Shown: piece by piece, positions 39,101 to 51,582 of the stretch
Layout of the letters: every line of letters starts with the position of its first letter
Numbering within the stretch: the first letter of the stretch is position 1
NCBI RefSeq assembly: GCF_963921235.1
Contig: NC_086097.1
Span: 149,854,001-149,918,000 of the forward strand
From: Mobula hypostoma
Taxonomy: Eukaryota
DNA length: 64,000 nucleotides
Direction: 5' to 3'
Position numbers and translations under genes: made by a program
The notes under the pieces: generated by a model
Database searches by the model: none
Seen by the model: the letters and a program-made list of their open reading frames with translations, nothing else
What the model was told of the DNA's origin: nothing

Positions 39101-40751
39101 CAGATCCATAATTCTTTGAAAGTGGTGTCACTGGTAGTTAGGGTTGTAAAGAAAGCTTTTGGCACATTGACCTTTATAAGTCAAAGTATTGAGTACAAGA
39201 GTTGGGATGTTATGACGAAGTTGTTAAAAAAAAAAGTTGGCGAGGCCTAACTTGAAGTATAGTGTGCAATTTCTGTCACCTAACTACAGGAAAGATATCA
39301 ATAAGATTGGAAGAGTGCAGAGAAAATTTCCAAAGATGTTGCAGGACTCTAGGACCTGAGTTATAGGGAAAGGATGAATAGGTTAGTACGTTATTTCCCA
39401 CAGCATAGAAGAATGAGGGGAAACTCGATAGAGAAATACAAAACTGTAAGAGGTATAACTAGGGTAAATACAAGCAGGCTTTTTCCACTGAGGTTGGGTG
39501 AGACTAGAACAATATGTCATGGGTTAAGAATAAAAGGTGAAATGGCTAAGACCATAAGACATGGGAGCAGAATTCGGCCATTTGGCCCATCGAGTCTACT
39601 CCGCCATTCAATCGTGGCCAATCCTTTTTTTCCTCCTCAACCCCATTTCCCGGCCTTTTCCCCATAATCTTTGATGCCATGTCCAGTCAAGAACCTATCA
39701 ATCTCTGCCTTATATACACCCAACGACCTGGCCTCCACATGGCAACAAATGCCACAAATTCACCATCCTCTGGCTAAAGAAATTTCTCTGCATCTGTTTT
39801 GAATGGATGCCCCTCTATCCTGAGGCTCTGCCCTCTTATCATAGACTCTCCCACCATGGGAAACACCCTTTCCACCTCTACTCTGTCTAATCCTTTCAAC
39901 ATTTTAAAGGTCTCAAGGAGATCCCCCCCTCATCCTTCTAAATTCTAGCCAGTAGAGACCCAGAGCCATCAAACATTCCTTTCATTCCTGGAATCATCCT
40001 TGTGAATCTCCTCTGGACCCTCTTCAATACCAGCACATCTCTTCTAAGATGAGGAGCCCAAAACTGTACACAATACTCAAAGTGAGGCCTCACCAGTGCC
40101 TTATAAAGCCTTAGCATCACATCCCTACACTTGTATTCTAGACCTCTTGAAATGAATGCTACATTGCATTTGCCTTCCTCACCACCAACTCAACCTGCAA
40201 GTTAACCTTTAGGGTATTCTGCACAAGGACTCCAAAGTCCCTTTGCATCTCAGAATTTTGGATTTTCTCCCTGTTTAGAAAATAGTCCACACATTTACTT
40301 CTACTACCAAAGTGCATGACCATGCATTTTCCAATATTATATTTCATTTGCCACTTTCTTGGCCATTCTCCTAATCCAAGTCCTTCTGCATCCTATCTGC
40401 CCCTCCACCAATCATTGTATCATCTGCAAACTTAGTAACAAAGCTATCTGTCTCATCATCAGCATAGATAGAAGTGGTCCCAATACTGAATCCTGCGGAA
40501 CACCACTAGTCATCTTAAGCCAACCAGGCAAGGATCCTTTTATTCCCACTCGCCACTTCCCTCCAATCAACCAATTGACCTAACTATTTTATTAACTTTC
40601 CTGTAATACCACAGGCTCTTAACTTGGTAAGCAGCCTCATGTGTGGCACCTTGTCAAAAGCCTTCTGAAAGACCAACTACGCAACATCCACTGTAACACA
40701 CATAAATATTGCTGGTGAACGCAGGCCACGCAGCATTTATAGGAAGAGATA

Positions 40752-40789
40752 CAGTCGACGTTTCGGGCCGACACCCTTCATCAGGACTA
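40752..40789 (-). ncRNA. Minimal type I hammerhead ribozyme motif, core intact
   Basis: UAGUC-CUGAUGA-A-GGG-UGUCGG-CCC-GAAA-C-GUC-GACUG. Confidence 0.75.
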
Positions 40790-42127
40790 ACTTAAAGAAG
40801 AGATAGTAAGAGATTTGAAAGTGGGAGGGGGAGGGGGAGATCCAAAATGATAGGAGAAAACAGGAGGGGGAGGGATGGAGCTAAGAGCTGGGAAGTTGAT
40901 TGGCAAAAGGGATATGAGAGGATCATGGGATGGGAGGCCTAGGGAGAAAGAAAGGGGGAGAGGGGAAGCCCGAGGATGGGCAAGGAGTATAGTGAGAGGG
41001 ACAGAGAGAAAAAGGAGAGAGAGAGAAAAAATTATATTATAATAAAAGGTAATTAACAGATGGGGTACGAAGGGGAGGTGGGGCATTAACGGAAGTTAGA
41101 GAAGTCAATGTTCACGCCATCAGGTTGGAGGCTACCCAGACGGAATACAAGGTGTTGTTCCTCCAACCTGAGTGTGGCTTCATCTTGACAGCAGAGGCGG
41201 CCATGGATAGACATATCAGAATGGGAATGGGATGTAGAATTGAATGTGTGGCCACTGGGAGATCCTGCTTCCTCTGGCGGACACAGTGTAGGTGTTCAGC
41301 GAAACGGTCTCCCACCCTGCGTTGGGTCTCGCCAATATATAGAAGGCCGCATCGGGAGCACCAGACGCAGTATATCACCCCAGCCGACTCATATCCCCCC
41401 CATCCCTTCCCACCGATCTCCCTCCTGGCACTTATCCTTGTAAGCGGAACAAGTGCCACACATGCCCTTACACTTCCTCCCCCACCACCATTCAGGGCCC
41501 TAGACAGTCCTTCCAGGTAAGGCCACACTTCACCTGTGAGTCAGCTGGGGTGATATACTGCGTCCGGTGCTCTCGATGCGGCCTTCTATATATTGGTGAG
41601 ACCTGACGCAGGCTGGGAGACCATTTCGTTGAACATCTAGGCTCTGTCCGCCAGAGAAAGGAGGATCTCCCAGTGGCCACACATTTTAATTCCACATCCC
41701 ATTCCGCAATGTCTATCCATGGCCTCCTCTGCTGTCAAGATGTAGCCACACTCAGGTTGGAGGAACAATACCTTATATTCCGTCTGGGTAGCCTCCAACC
41801 TGATGGCATGAACATTGACTTCTCTAACTTCTGTTAATGCCCCACCTCCCCTTTGTACCCCATCTGTTATTTATTTACCTTTTACTATTATATCATTTTT
41901 TTTCTCTCTCCTTTTTCTCCCTCTGTCCCTCACTATACTCCTTGCCCATCCTCTGGGGTCCCCTCCCCCCCCCTTCTTTCTCCTTAGGCCTCCTGTCCCA
42001 TGATCCTCTCATATCCCTTTTGCCAATCAACTTTCCAGCTCTTAGATCCATCCCTCCCCCTCCTGTCTTCTATCATTTTGGATCTCCCCCTCCCCCTTTC
42101 AAATCTCTTATTATCTCTTCTTTCAGT

Positions 42128-42165
42128 TAGTTCTGACAAAGGGTCTCAGCCCAAAACGTCGACTG
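42128..42165 (+). pseudogene. Inactivated hammerhead motif in the second Penelope arm
   Basis: tagtt-CTGACAA-a-ggg-tctcag-ccc-AAAA-c-GTC-gactg; G8 and G12 are both changed to A. Confidence 0.7.
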
Positions 42166-44178
42166 TACCTCTTGCTATAGATGCTGCCTGGCCTGCTGTG
42201 TTCACCAGCAATTTTTATGTGTGTTGCTTGAAATTCCAGCATCTGCAGATTTCCTCGTGTTAACATCCACTGTATCCCCTTTATCTATCCTATTTGTAAT
42301 TTCTCAAAGAATTCCAACAGGTTCGCCAGGCAAAATTTCCCCTGAAGGAAACCATGCTGACTTTGTACCATCTTGTCCCGCGTCACCAAGTACTCCATCA
42401 CCTCGTCCTTAATAATTGACTCCAACATCTTCCTAATCACTGAGGTCAGGCTAACTGGTCTACAATTTGTTTTCTGCTGCCTTCCTCCTTTTCTTAAAGA
42501 GTGGAGTGACATTTGCAATTTTCCAGTCCTCTGGCACCATGCCAGAGTCCAATGATGTTTGAAAGATCATTTCTAATGCCACCACAATCTCGAATGCTGC
42601 CCCTTTTAGAACCCTAGGGTGCAGTTCATCTGGTCCGGGTGACTTATGTACTTTTAGGTCTTTCAGCTTTTTGAGCACCTTCTCCTTCGTAATAGTAACT
42701 GCACTCACTTCTCTTCTTTCACACACTACAACATCTGGCACATTGCTAGTGTCTTCCACAGTGAAGACTGATGCAAAATACTCATTTAGTTCATCTACCA
42801 TCTCTTTGCCCCCCATTATTATTTCTTCTGCCTCATTCTCTAGCGGTCCCATATCCACTCTCATCTCTCATTTATTTATTTACTTGAAAAAGCTTTTACT
42901 ATCCACTTTAATATTATTTGCTAACTTGCTTTCATATTTCATCTCTTCCCTTCTGATTCTTTTAGTTGCTCTCTGTAGGTTTTTAAAAAACTTCCCAACC
43001 CTTTATCTTTTTGCTTTGTTGTATGCCCTCTCTTTTGTTTTTACATTAACTTTGACTTCCCTTGCCAGCCACAGTGGTACTATTTTGCCATTTCAGTACT
43101 TCTTCACTTTTGGAATACACATGTATTGCATCTTCCTCATTTTTCCCAGAAACACACGCCATTGCTGCTTTGCTGACATCCCTGACAGCAACTCCTTCCA
43201 ATTTACTTTGGCCAGCTGCTCTCTCATACCATTGTAATTTCCCTTACTCCACTGAAATACTGCTATATCAGACTTTACTTTCTCCCTATCAAAATTCAAG
43301 TTGAACTCAATCATATTAAGGGGAACTTCTTCAGAGATGGAACAAGCTGCCAGCAGAAACAGTGGATGCGGGCTTTGATTTCTACATTTAAGATATTTGG
43401 ATAGGTACATGCATGGGAGGGGGTATAAAGGGCTATGGCCTGTGTGCAGGTCAATGGGACTGGACGGATTAATAGTTCAGCATGGACTAGACAGGCTGAA
43501 GGATCTGTTTCTGTGCTATAGTGTCTGTGACTACGACGAAAACCAAGCCAATACAAACATCCTTTAAGGATCTAATATAGTCAGCAGATTATTACCCGAC
43601 TTCTGTCATGCTTGGATAACATTTTACTTATTTAGCACAGTATCCTTTTCTCTAGTGCCCTATTTATTATCAGTAACTCTTCCTCTACCATGCTTTTTAA
43701 TTGATGGAAGGAGATGGAATGTATAATGCTATCTTTCCTGAAGCCTGGCAACTCTCATTACTATATAGAAGAAGCAAATGCCTCAGGTTAAAACAGCCAT
43801 AACCATTCCCACCTCCACCATCACTCCACTTCCAATTTGACCTTAATATGAAGGTTGAATGAAAGAAGAAAAGTCCTAAATCTTCAACTTTTAAACACAA
43901 GTTGAGGCAGTGTGTCCCACTTCTATTAGTTTTCCACAATCTATTTCAGGGTTTCATACACTTGTACATTTTTCTAAAAATTAAAAACTATTTCGGAAAG
44001 TGCCGCTAATAGAATTACAACTATTAATGACGTTCTATACTTGGTGTAGTGTTCTATTTGTGTAGCATAACATACACAAATTACACCAGATTCACATGCT
44101 TTCATTTAAATATTTGGTATAATACAAGTAGTTCATGAAGTTAGAATTTACTGCCTAAAGCCTCCAGTCTTGTATTAC

Positions 44179-44265
44179 CTTAGTTGCTGCCCAGTCCATC
44201 CATCCTTCAGCATTGCAATTAATATTAATGAGACAGAGTCCTTCAACAAGATCAGGATAAGTCAA
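44179..44265 (-). CDS. NDRG1: NDRG1 exon 8 (87 nt)
   Basis: [29 protein letters not shown]; AG/GT flanks. Confidence 0.96.
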
Positions 44266-44428
44266 CTGGAAAAGAAAAAATTTGAAGTTTTTGCATTTTT
44301 GTTTTACTCTCAATGAAATGAGAATCAAATAAATAATTCTATTCAAACACAAGTTTTAATGAGAGCACCCAAGACTATGGCTAGCAACACCCACAAAGTT
44401 ACTATTATGGAAGTGGTGTCAAACTTAC

Positions 44429-44489
44429 AGCTAATCTGGTCAGGATATAAGCACCAGCTCCAACTCCTAATCCAATAATGCTCCTCAAA
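44429..44489 (-). CDS. NDRG1: NDRG1 exon 7 (61 nt)
   Basis: LRSIIGLGVGAGAYILTRLA, the non-catalytic nucleophile elbow of the NDRG alpha/beta-hydrolase fold; AG/GT flanks. Confidence 0.95.
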
Positions 44490-45173
44490 CTGAAAGAGAA
44501 ATTAGGCTGTTTTAGGCAACAGTTGAAAGAAGATGTTGGCTCCTAAAATTGGTCTAAGGTTCTTGTTGCTCTATACAAAGAATTAGTTAAAATACATCAG
44601 TGTTGTAAAGAAACAAAAGTACTTCTATTGCAGCATAGTAAAAACATACAATATAAATAAGGGTTTAACAGCAAGCTAGAATGTACTACGTTTTTATTAA
44701 GGGCGTTTCAAAATGAAACTATTCTGAATTATGGCCACATTGTTGGTGGAATAATTCAATGTGTACATTCACCTAGAAATTAGTCACCTACTTCTCTAGC
44801 TTTAAAACACTAGTCTCTTGAATATTGCTTTAAAAGACATAAAATATGTAAAGTTAGTACTAATTGCAAATCAAGACTGCAGAACTTCAAAGAATAACAG
44901 TATTGGACTTGGAAAAATATTGCCATTCCTTCATCACTGAGTATTAAATCCTATCCAACACAATACTTTTTCAAGATACATGGACAATAAATACCAACCT
45001 TAATATCACTACTCAATTCAAATAAAAAAGTACATTAAGAAAATTGCAAAGTGATGCATCAGTATTTTTATAAACAAATCAGTGACGGGCAAAAACTGCA
45101 GCATGTAACTAGGTTGCTGTTAATTGTATTATTGATTAAATGCATTATAGACATTGTAGGCTTATAGTCTTAC

Positions 45174-45236
45174 CCAAAATGTTTTAAGACAGCAGGAATT
45201 AACTCTGCCATTTGGTCCATTGATGGATATTCGTAT
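45174..45236 (-). CDS. NDRG1: NDRG1 exon 6 (63 nt)
   Basis: YEYPSMDQMAELIPAVLKHFG; AG/GT flanks. Confidence 0.95.
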
Positions 45237-45680
45237 CTGTAAATCAGATGCAAAGTTGCATATTATTTTTGAACAGCTGTTAAATTATCTACTCATCTAA
45301 AATCAGGATTATGAAACAATATTGCCAGAAATTATGAAGTAATTTGCCTTGGATGTGTCAAATATGAAATCTGCTTCAAGTTACAATGAGCTGCTAAGAC
45401 ATCACTGGAGAGCAGGTGACAATTCCCAGTCATCTGGAAGTACATTTTAAATTACTGTAAAATGATATGATATGAAATAGACTTTGCACAATAAATACAC
45501 AAGCTACATGCCTTATACAATGTTTCAAGCATTCAATCATTAAATTACTCAAAACAGCATTATTCTTCATCTAACAGACAAGCCTCTTTATACTAGGCCA
45601 CTTTGAAGTGAAAACAGCAATAAGCACACTTATTAGAATGTTGTAAAATAAAATTAGCTGCTGATTTTAAGGAATACTTA

Positions 45681-46059
45681 CAGATCCTCTCCAGGTTACA
45701 AATCGCTGACATATGGATATCCTATACATACAAACATTTGGGAGACCACCGGGATAGATTTGCTAACCGCCCTGAGCCCACAGTAATCTTTTAGCGGGTG
45801 GGAACAAAACATTTCCATGTTCCTTCTCTAGCTGTTCATTATCATCCTCCGCCCCCAAAATGGGAGTTGCATCAAACCAAACAGAACCAGACGTGCAGAG
45901 CAAACCCACTCGTTCACTCACCGGGGCTAACAGCATCCGCTCTTTCATAACAGCTATTTCTTTGATCCACCCACACATTTTGTATATTCCAAGTTATAAA
46001 TAGTTCTGTTTATGAACAGTTCTTAGGAACAGAATCCTATTGTACCTGGGCATTGCCTG
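45681..46059. mobile_element. Degenerate Tigger-like MITE
   Basis: Left ta|CAGatcctctCCAGGTTACAA; right end reverse complement CAGgcaatgcCCAGGT-ACAA. Right TA is not preserved. Confidence 0.4.
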
Positions 46060-46114
46060 TCTACATGAGTAAGTTTTTCATCTTGAATATATTACTGTCA
46101 ACATAACAGTGCAT

Positions 46115-46702
46115 GGAGGAGGTGCGCAGTCTAACAGAGTGAGTGTTTCAGATTTTTTTTTGTGATCACAAGACTCTGTTGAACATTGGTAATGCAGAAT
46201 ACTGCAAGTCCAGTTCATTGGTTCATTGCAAGACCAATGGCAGGAGAGCTATGTGGCCTTGGTTTTAGTGCAGACCAGGTCCCAGTGTTGCTGGGTCGCC
46301 TGTTGCAGCCACCCAGAGAAGAAACACTGGAGAATACGTGAGAGGCAGCAGACGCGGTACGGGTGCGCTGGAGTCCTGTTGAGTTCGAGGTTGGCCCCTC
46401 CCATTGGTGCTGCCCTCTAGTGTACTCTTGGCGGAAGACAAGCATGACTACGTTCACCTGTGGCTGCAGTAGTACGTGATGATTGGACCACTACAGAATT
46501 GTTCTTGCAAACAATATCTATGCAGCATCGATCTATAGGACATGATACTCAGGAACTCGAGCTATAGTATTTATTTTTGCATGACTGCTTGTTTACTGCT
46601 ATCTTATATGTGCCTTATGCTGTGTATTACTGTTAGTACTGTTTTGCACCTTGGCCCCGGAGGTATTCATGGATAATTGAATGACAATTAAACTTGAACT
46701 TG
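46115..46702 (+). mobile_element. Non-autonomous Rex-tailed retroelement
   Basis: GC-rich body; 3' gttttgcaccttggccccggag...gaatgacaattaaacttgaacttg. Confidence 0.55.
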
Positions 46703-47328
46703 TACCAATGGCTTTGCTACTTTAGAGTTGAAGCAAACTGTCATGCTAACTAAATAACCTTTTCTCAAGTAAAGCAAAATATACTTCAGAATTAGGAAAA
46801 ACAGAAAGTAAACCATTTAAAAAAAAATTACAATGGGAAGAGAACACAAAACTATGAAATGAAGAGACATACAAGACATAAATGGACACACCAGCTTGCC
46901 TCATTCATGCCAACAGCTTTACCTATCTTCAGTAATAACATGTGCTCACATCTCTTCTGTATTATTACATGCCTTGCTAATTCATGTGCCCAAACTGTCT
47001 CTTAAACACAGTAAATTGTCTTATTTCACCACTGCCTCTGGTAGCATATTCTAGATACACAGTCACCCTGTAAAAATCCTTCCTTAATATTATATTATCG
47101 CCTCTTGACTCTTCTCACATAAGATTCCGCCCACCTACCCTATCTGTGCCTGTCATAGTTTTACACTTTGATCAGGACAACCCACAGCATCACTCAGTCC
47201 AAGGAGACCAAGCTCCAACCTATGTGATTTCTCCCCACAAATAAAGCCCTCCAATCTAGGTGGTGAATCTCAGCAACTCCAGCACTACCATCCCTCCCAT
47301 AGTGTGCCAACCAGAAAAGCACATGATA

Positions 47329-48647
47329 CAGGTGGCCCTCGTTTTCTGAACATTCGCTTTATGGCACCTCACTGTTATGAAAGACCTCCATTAGTTATCT
47401 GTTTTCGCTAACAGAAGGTGTTTTCACTGTTAGGAAAAAAGGCAGCGTGCGCCCGAACAGCCAAGCTTCTCCCCTGGAACAGCATTCTAGCCGGCATTAC
47501 TTAAACACGTGCTTTACTTCGATTTATTTTGTGCATCCGTTAGCAAGATGAGTTCCAAGGCATCGGAAAAGCCTAGAAGAGCTCATAAGGGTGTTACACT
47601 TAGCGTAAAACTAGAGATGATGAAGCGTTTCGATCGTGGTGAACAAAGTAAGGACATTGTCCGCGCGTTGAACTTGCCTGCGTCCACAATTCGCACTACT
47701 TATACGCAGAGAGAAAGAATTTTGAAAGCTCCCGCTGTTATTGTTGGTTCTGTTCGTAACAAAGTGGTCTCTCTTAGTCGGCATCCAATAATGGATAAAA
47801 TGGAAAGTCTATTGCTTGAGTGGATTGATGGGTGTACAAAGCGTGATGTTCCATTAAGTTTTCTTACACTTAAGAAGAAATCAATCTTTTTAATAAGCTG
47901 AAACAGAAAGCACTGGACGATGATGGAAGTGTTGCGAAAGTGGAATTTAAAGGTAGTCATGGGTGGTTTGATCGGTTTCTGAGGCAAGGGCAGCTTCATA
48001 GTTTAAGTAGTGGTCCCCAACCTCCAGGCCGCAGACCAATACATTGCCACAAAGAATGCAGTGGTAGCCAGGACGCACCCAGCACATCTTTAAGAAAAAA
48101 GCCGAAATAGACAAGCTAATTAATTAGGTGTCGCCTGGCTCGTAAATGTCGGCCCAGATCAGAGGCGATTATGTCAGGTGGTTATTCCTATAAGCAAGTG
48201 TTTAACTGTGACGGAACTGTAATTTATTGGAGTCTTCCAGATTCTGGTAAGTGAAACTACACTGTACATATATTATTTCTACTTTATATAGGCTGTGTAT
48301 TTTTGTGTTATTTGGTATGATTTGGCAGCTTCATAGTTACTGGAGAGAGTGTTTCTGCCGAGAGCGCTTCCGCGAGATTTTCGCTGCACTAGACAGTGCT
48401 GCAGAAAAGTATTTCTACTTTATATAGGCTGTGTATTTATCATATCATTCCTGCTTTTACTATATGTTACTGTTATTTTACGTTTTGTGTGTTATTTGGC
48501 ATGATTTTGTAGGTTATTTTTTGGGTCTGGGAATGATCAAAAATTTTTCCTATATTAATAAATGGTAATCGCTTATTCGCTTTACCACATTCCGGCTTAC
48601 GAACCATTTCATAGGAACGCTCTACCTTCGGATAGCGGGGAAACCTG
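47329..48647 (+). mobile_element. Tigger/pogo DNA transposon, internally deleted
   Basis: TA|CAGGT...ACCTG|TA with imperfect TIRs. From ATG 47548: CENP-B-type HTH (VTLSVKLEMMKRFDRGE..IVRALNLPASTIRT), MESLLLEWI, EFKGSHGWFDRF and remnant KQVFNCD. Inserted in a minus-strand CR1 remnant (about 46865-49620). Confidence 0.88.
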
Positions 48648-49669
48648 TATGCCAAGTTTGGACTTAAGTTTTTTTTTTGTAAAGTTGCAATAAATGACCC
48701 ACTTAAGTTTGGTGCTCCAACCTATGAGGGCAGGTAACCTCATGCCTTCTTCATCATACTACTCACCCATATTGTACACTTAGGGAACTTCAACCCCAAG
48801 GTCTTTGTTCATCAGTATCTATTAATACAAAATGACTTGGGGCACATATGCTACCTCTATTTTATGTCCCAAAATGCATCACCTCCACAAGGCCAAGATA
48901 TTAATATCAGAATTAGGCCATTTGGCCCATCAAGTCTGTTTCATCAATCATGATGGATTTATATTCCTTCCTCAATCCTACTGTCCCGTTTTCTCCGCTT
49001 ACCAATCAAGATCCTATTTGCAGCAGTAGTTAATAGTGTTATTCCTATGCCAGTGGGTTAGGCACTCCCACAAGGAAAGAGTTCACATCCTGTACAAGCA
49101 GGATTGGCAATAAAGTTCAGTTGAAAATCCTGCATGTTGGCATCCTGGTGTGTTCTGCACTCTCTCTCAATAATAAACAACAGTATCAAGCTCCACTTTA
49201 AATATACCCAATGACATGGTCTCCACAGCCATCTGTGATAATGAGTTCTACAAATTAACCACCTCACGAAAGAAATTCCTCATCTGTTCTAAAAGGACAT
49301 CTTTCTATTTTGAGGCTGTGTCCTTGTGTCCGAGACTCTCCCAATTAGAAACATCCTCTCCACATCCACTGTAGATTCCAGCTGTTCCCTGTAAGGAGGT
49401 TACACGATCTCCCGGTGAATGCATGAGTTTCCTCCAGGTGCGTATACTTAATTGGTCATACGTGTGTAATTAGGCAGCAAGGGTTCATTGGGCCAAAAGG
49501 GCCTGTTAGCATGTTATAGCTCTAAATTTTTTTTAAAAATGTGCTCTCATCTTGTTCAGCAACCTCCTGTATGGCACCTGAGCAAAAGTCTTCTGAAAAC
49601 TCAAGTAAACAACATCCACACCTCCACTGGCTACTCTTTATAAAAAAAACAAACAAACAAACATTTAGT

Positions 49670-51582
49670 CAGGGCCGGATTAAGCTAGTGTGGGGCCTGT
49701 AGCATATGTTATAAAGGGGCCCTAAATTTAAAAAAGGTACGTTAAGTATTAAAACATAAATTATTTATTTGCATAGTAAAGTAATTCAATTTTTTCATTT
49801 GCTATACAGGCAGATAATACGACAAATGTCTGACACTTCAATAATAGTATTGCTTACATGTAGGTATCAATTTCAAATGTCAAAAGTAACAAAACTACAA
49901 TTTAAAAGTTACATTTTCTAGATTTAGCATGAGCAAATTTGTTGATGATACTGGAAATGTCTATTTCACGCAGAAGTTCATGTTCAATGCTCATTAGGGT
50001 GAGATTGCTCAATCTGTTTTGACCCATGGTGCTCCTTAGTTCATTTTTAATCCTTTTCAGTTTTGAAAATGAGTGTTTTCCACTGCAGTTGGTAACCATG
50101 AGTGACAAATAGATGCACAAAGCATTTTCTACATTTGGAAAACATGACTCCAAAGAATTGTCAGTTATCAAAAGGTACAACTGTAACTCTACAAGGTCTT
50201 GTTTGGCACCAATATGAGAAACAAGATCAGTTTTCAACAGTTCAGTAAACTGCACAAATTCTCCATCAAGACTTTCTTCCATATCTTCCAGATATGATTT
50301 AATAAGATTTGATGACCTCTTTACGATCTCTTCAGGTGTAAACAACTGTAACTGATGAAGGAATCCAAAAACACTATTTACCTTTAGATAAGCTTTCTGC
50401 CTTTTTGACAGGGCAGAAAGCAAGCTGTCAATAGTGGCAAGAAATGTTCGGCTTTTAAACTTCTGAGAAGGCATTTGAGATTCAACAAGTGGATCAAGAG
50501 TGCTGGAACCACTGAAACCATCATATGCGCGATTTTGCTTGTGCTTTCTTCGAGTTTGCTGTTGATAATCTTCACACTTAGTCAGATCCTTGGCTTTCTG
50601 CTCAATGTCTGAAAAAGTAGACCGCACAGCTTGAATATATCCATGCAAGGGATCATAGAGTGCACAAGCTGTGTTCAAGTCTTGGCCAGAAGATTATAAG
50701 AAGCACTGGTCATTTGAAAACACTGTAATACTTGATCCCACAATATGACCATTATTCCTGTTTCCAACTTTGTCATGGTTGAAACTAGTCCACGAGCCCG
50801 TTGTTGACAATCTGCCTTCTGATCATTGTTATTTGAAATGTCATCCACGACTTGTTTTATTGCTGAAAAGCTGTAAAAGTGCTTTTGTTGCATCTGCACG
50901 AGCTGACCACCTGGTACCTGACACTCCTTTCATAATGGGCAAATGAGCACCACCATCAGATAATGCAGCAGAAAGGAGATCCCACCGATAAGTAGAAGCA
51001 GAAAAAAAATGTATACAGGCTTTCTACAAATTGAAAGAAAATTAATGCTTCTCGACAACATTCAGCAGCACATTTTCCAATCAAATTTAGTAAATGTGCA
51101 AAACATGGAACGTAATCCGCAAACTCATTCAGCTCTTCAATTCGTGCTTGTAAGCCACTATACTTGCCACTCATGTTGCTGGCATTGTCATAACTTTGAT
51201 CACGGCAATCTTTTATATCAATGTCATTTTCCTTTAAAAAGTCAAGTAAACTTTGAGCGAGCTGTTCAGCACTATGACCTTCCATATCCAAAAACTTCAT
51301 AAATCTTTCAGCTGGTCCAGACGGCAAATCATAGCACACAGTCAAAGTCAGCGGGGCACTTTCCAGCGGCTTAGGAGCTTGGGAGATAGCAAGGGTCACA
51401 ACACAGCAAGGAGCCAACATACGCCTGCACACATACTATGCAGCATGCAGCTCCCCCAACATGAAAACAACGGTGTTGCCAGATCGTCGTGAGAATACAG
51501 TGAGATGCCGATTTCACCAGACTACAGCTTGCAAGGGGCCCGTAGCATTTGCTACTTTTGCTACTAGGTTAATCCAGCCCTG
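49670..51582 (-). mobile_element. hAT transposon (ZMYM1-like/Tip100-type transposase), N-terminally deleted pseudogene
   Basis: Perfect 8-bp TSD catttagt (49662-49669 and 51583-51590). 20-bp TIRs, 18/20 match. Motifs QSYDNASNMSG, VPCFAHLLNL, TRWSAR and dimerisation domain SFSKLKRIKNELRSTMGQNRL. Confidence 0.95.

Larger units (their letters stand above)
40696..42261. mobile_element. Penelope-like (Neptune-type) retroelement as an inverted pair of 5'-truncated copies
   Basis: GIY-YIG endonuclease GVIYCV.CSRCGLLYIGET in both arms; Cys linker PCKRNKCHTC. Arms 40696-41391 (-) and 41392-42261 (+). 13-bp TSD aacatccactgta at 40683-40695 and 42262-42274. Confidence 0.92.
39547..43316 (-). mobile_element. 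CR1 ORF2 copy nested in the plus-strand CR1 and itself split by a Penelope insertion
   Basis: Minus-strand peptides NMIEFNL..KGNYNGMR, KSPGPDELHPRVLK, RPVSLTSVI, LYKALVRPHFEYCVQFW; tail tcttatggtctta at 39547-39559. Confidence 0.9.
38045..43532 (+). mobile_element. Degraded CR1 ORF2 (38045-39550, resuming at 43317-43532)
   Basis: FKKGSRNKPGNYRLLSLTSVV...VVYMDFNKAF; the 3' end continues after the nested insertion. Confidence 0.85.

Noticed and set aside
49902-50678. 258-aa ORF as a host ZMYM1-like gene
   Set aside because: Lies within TIRs and TSD, with frameshifts upstream; a transposase remnant.
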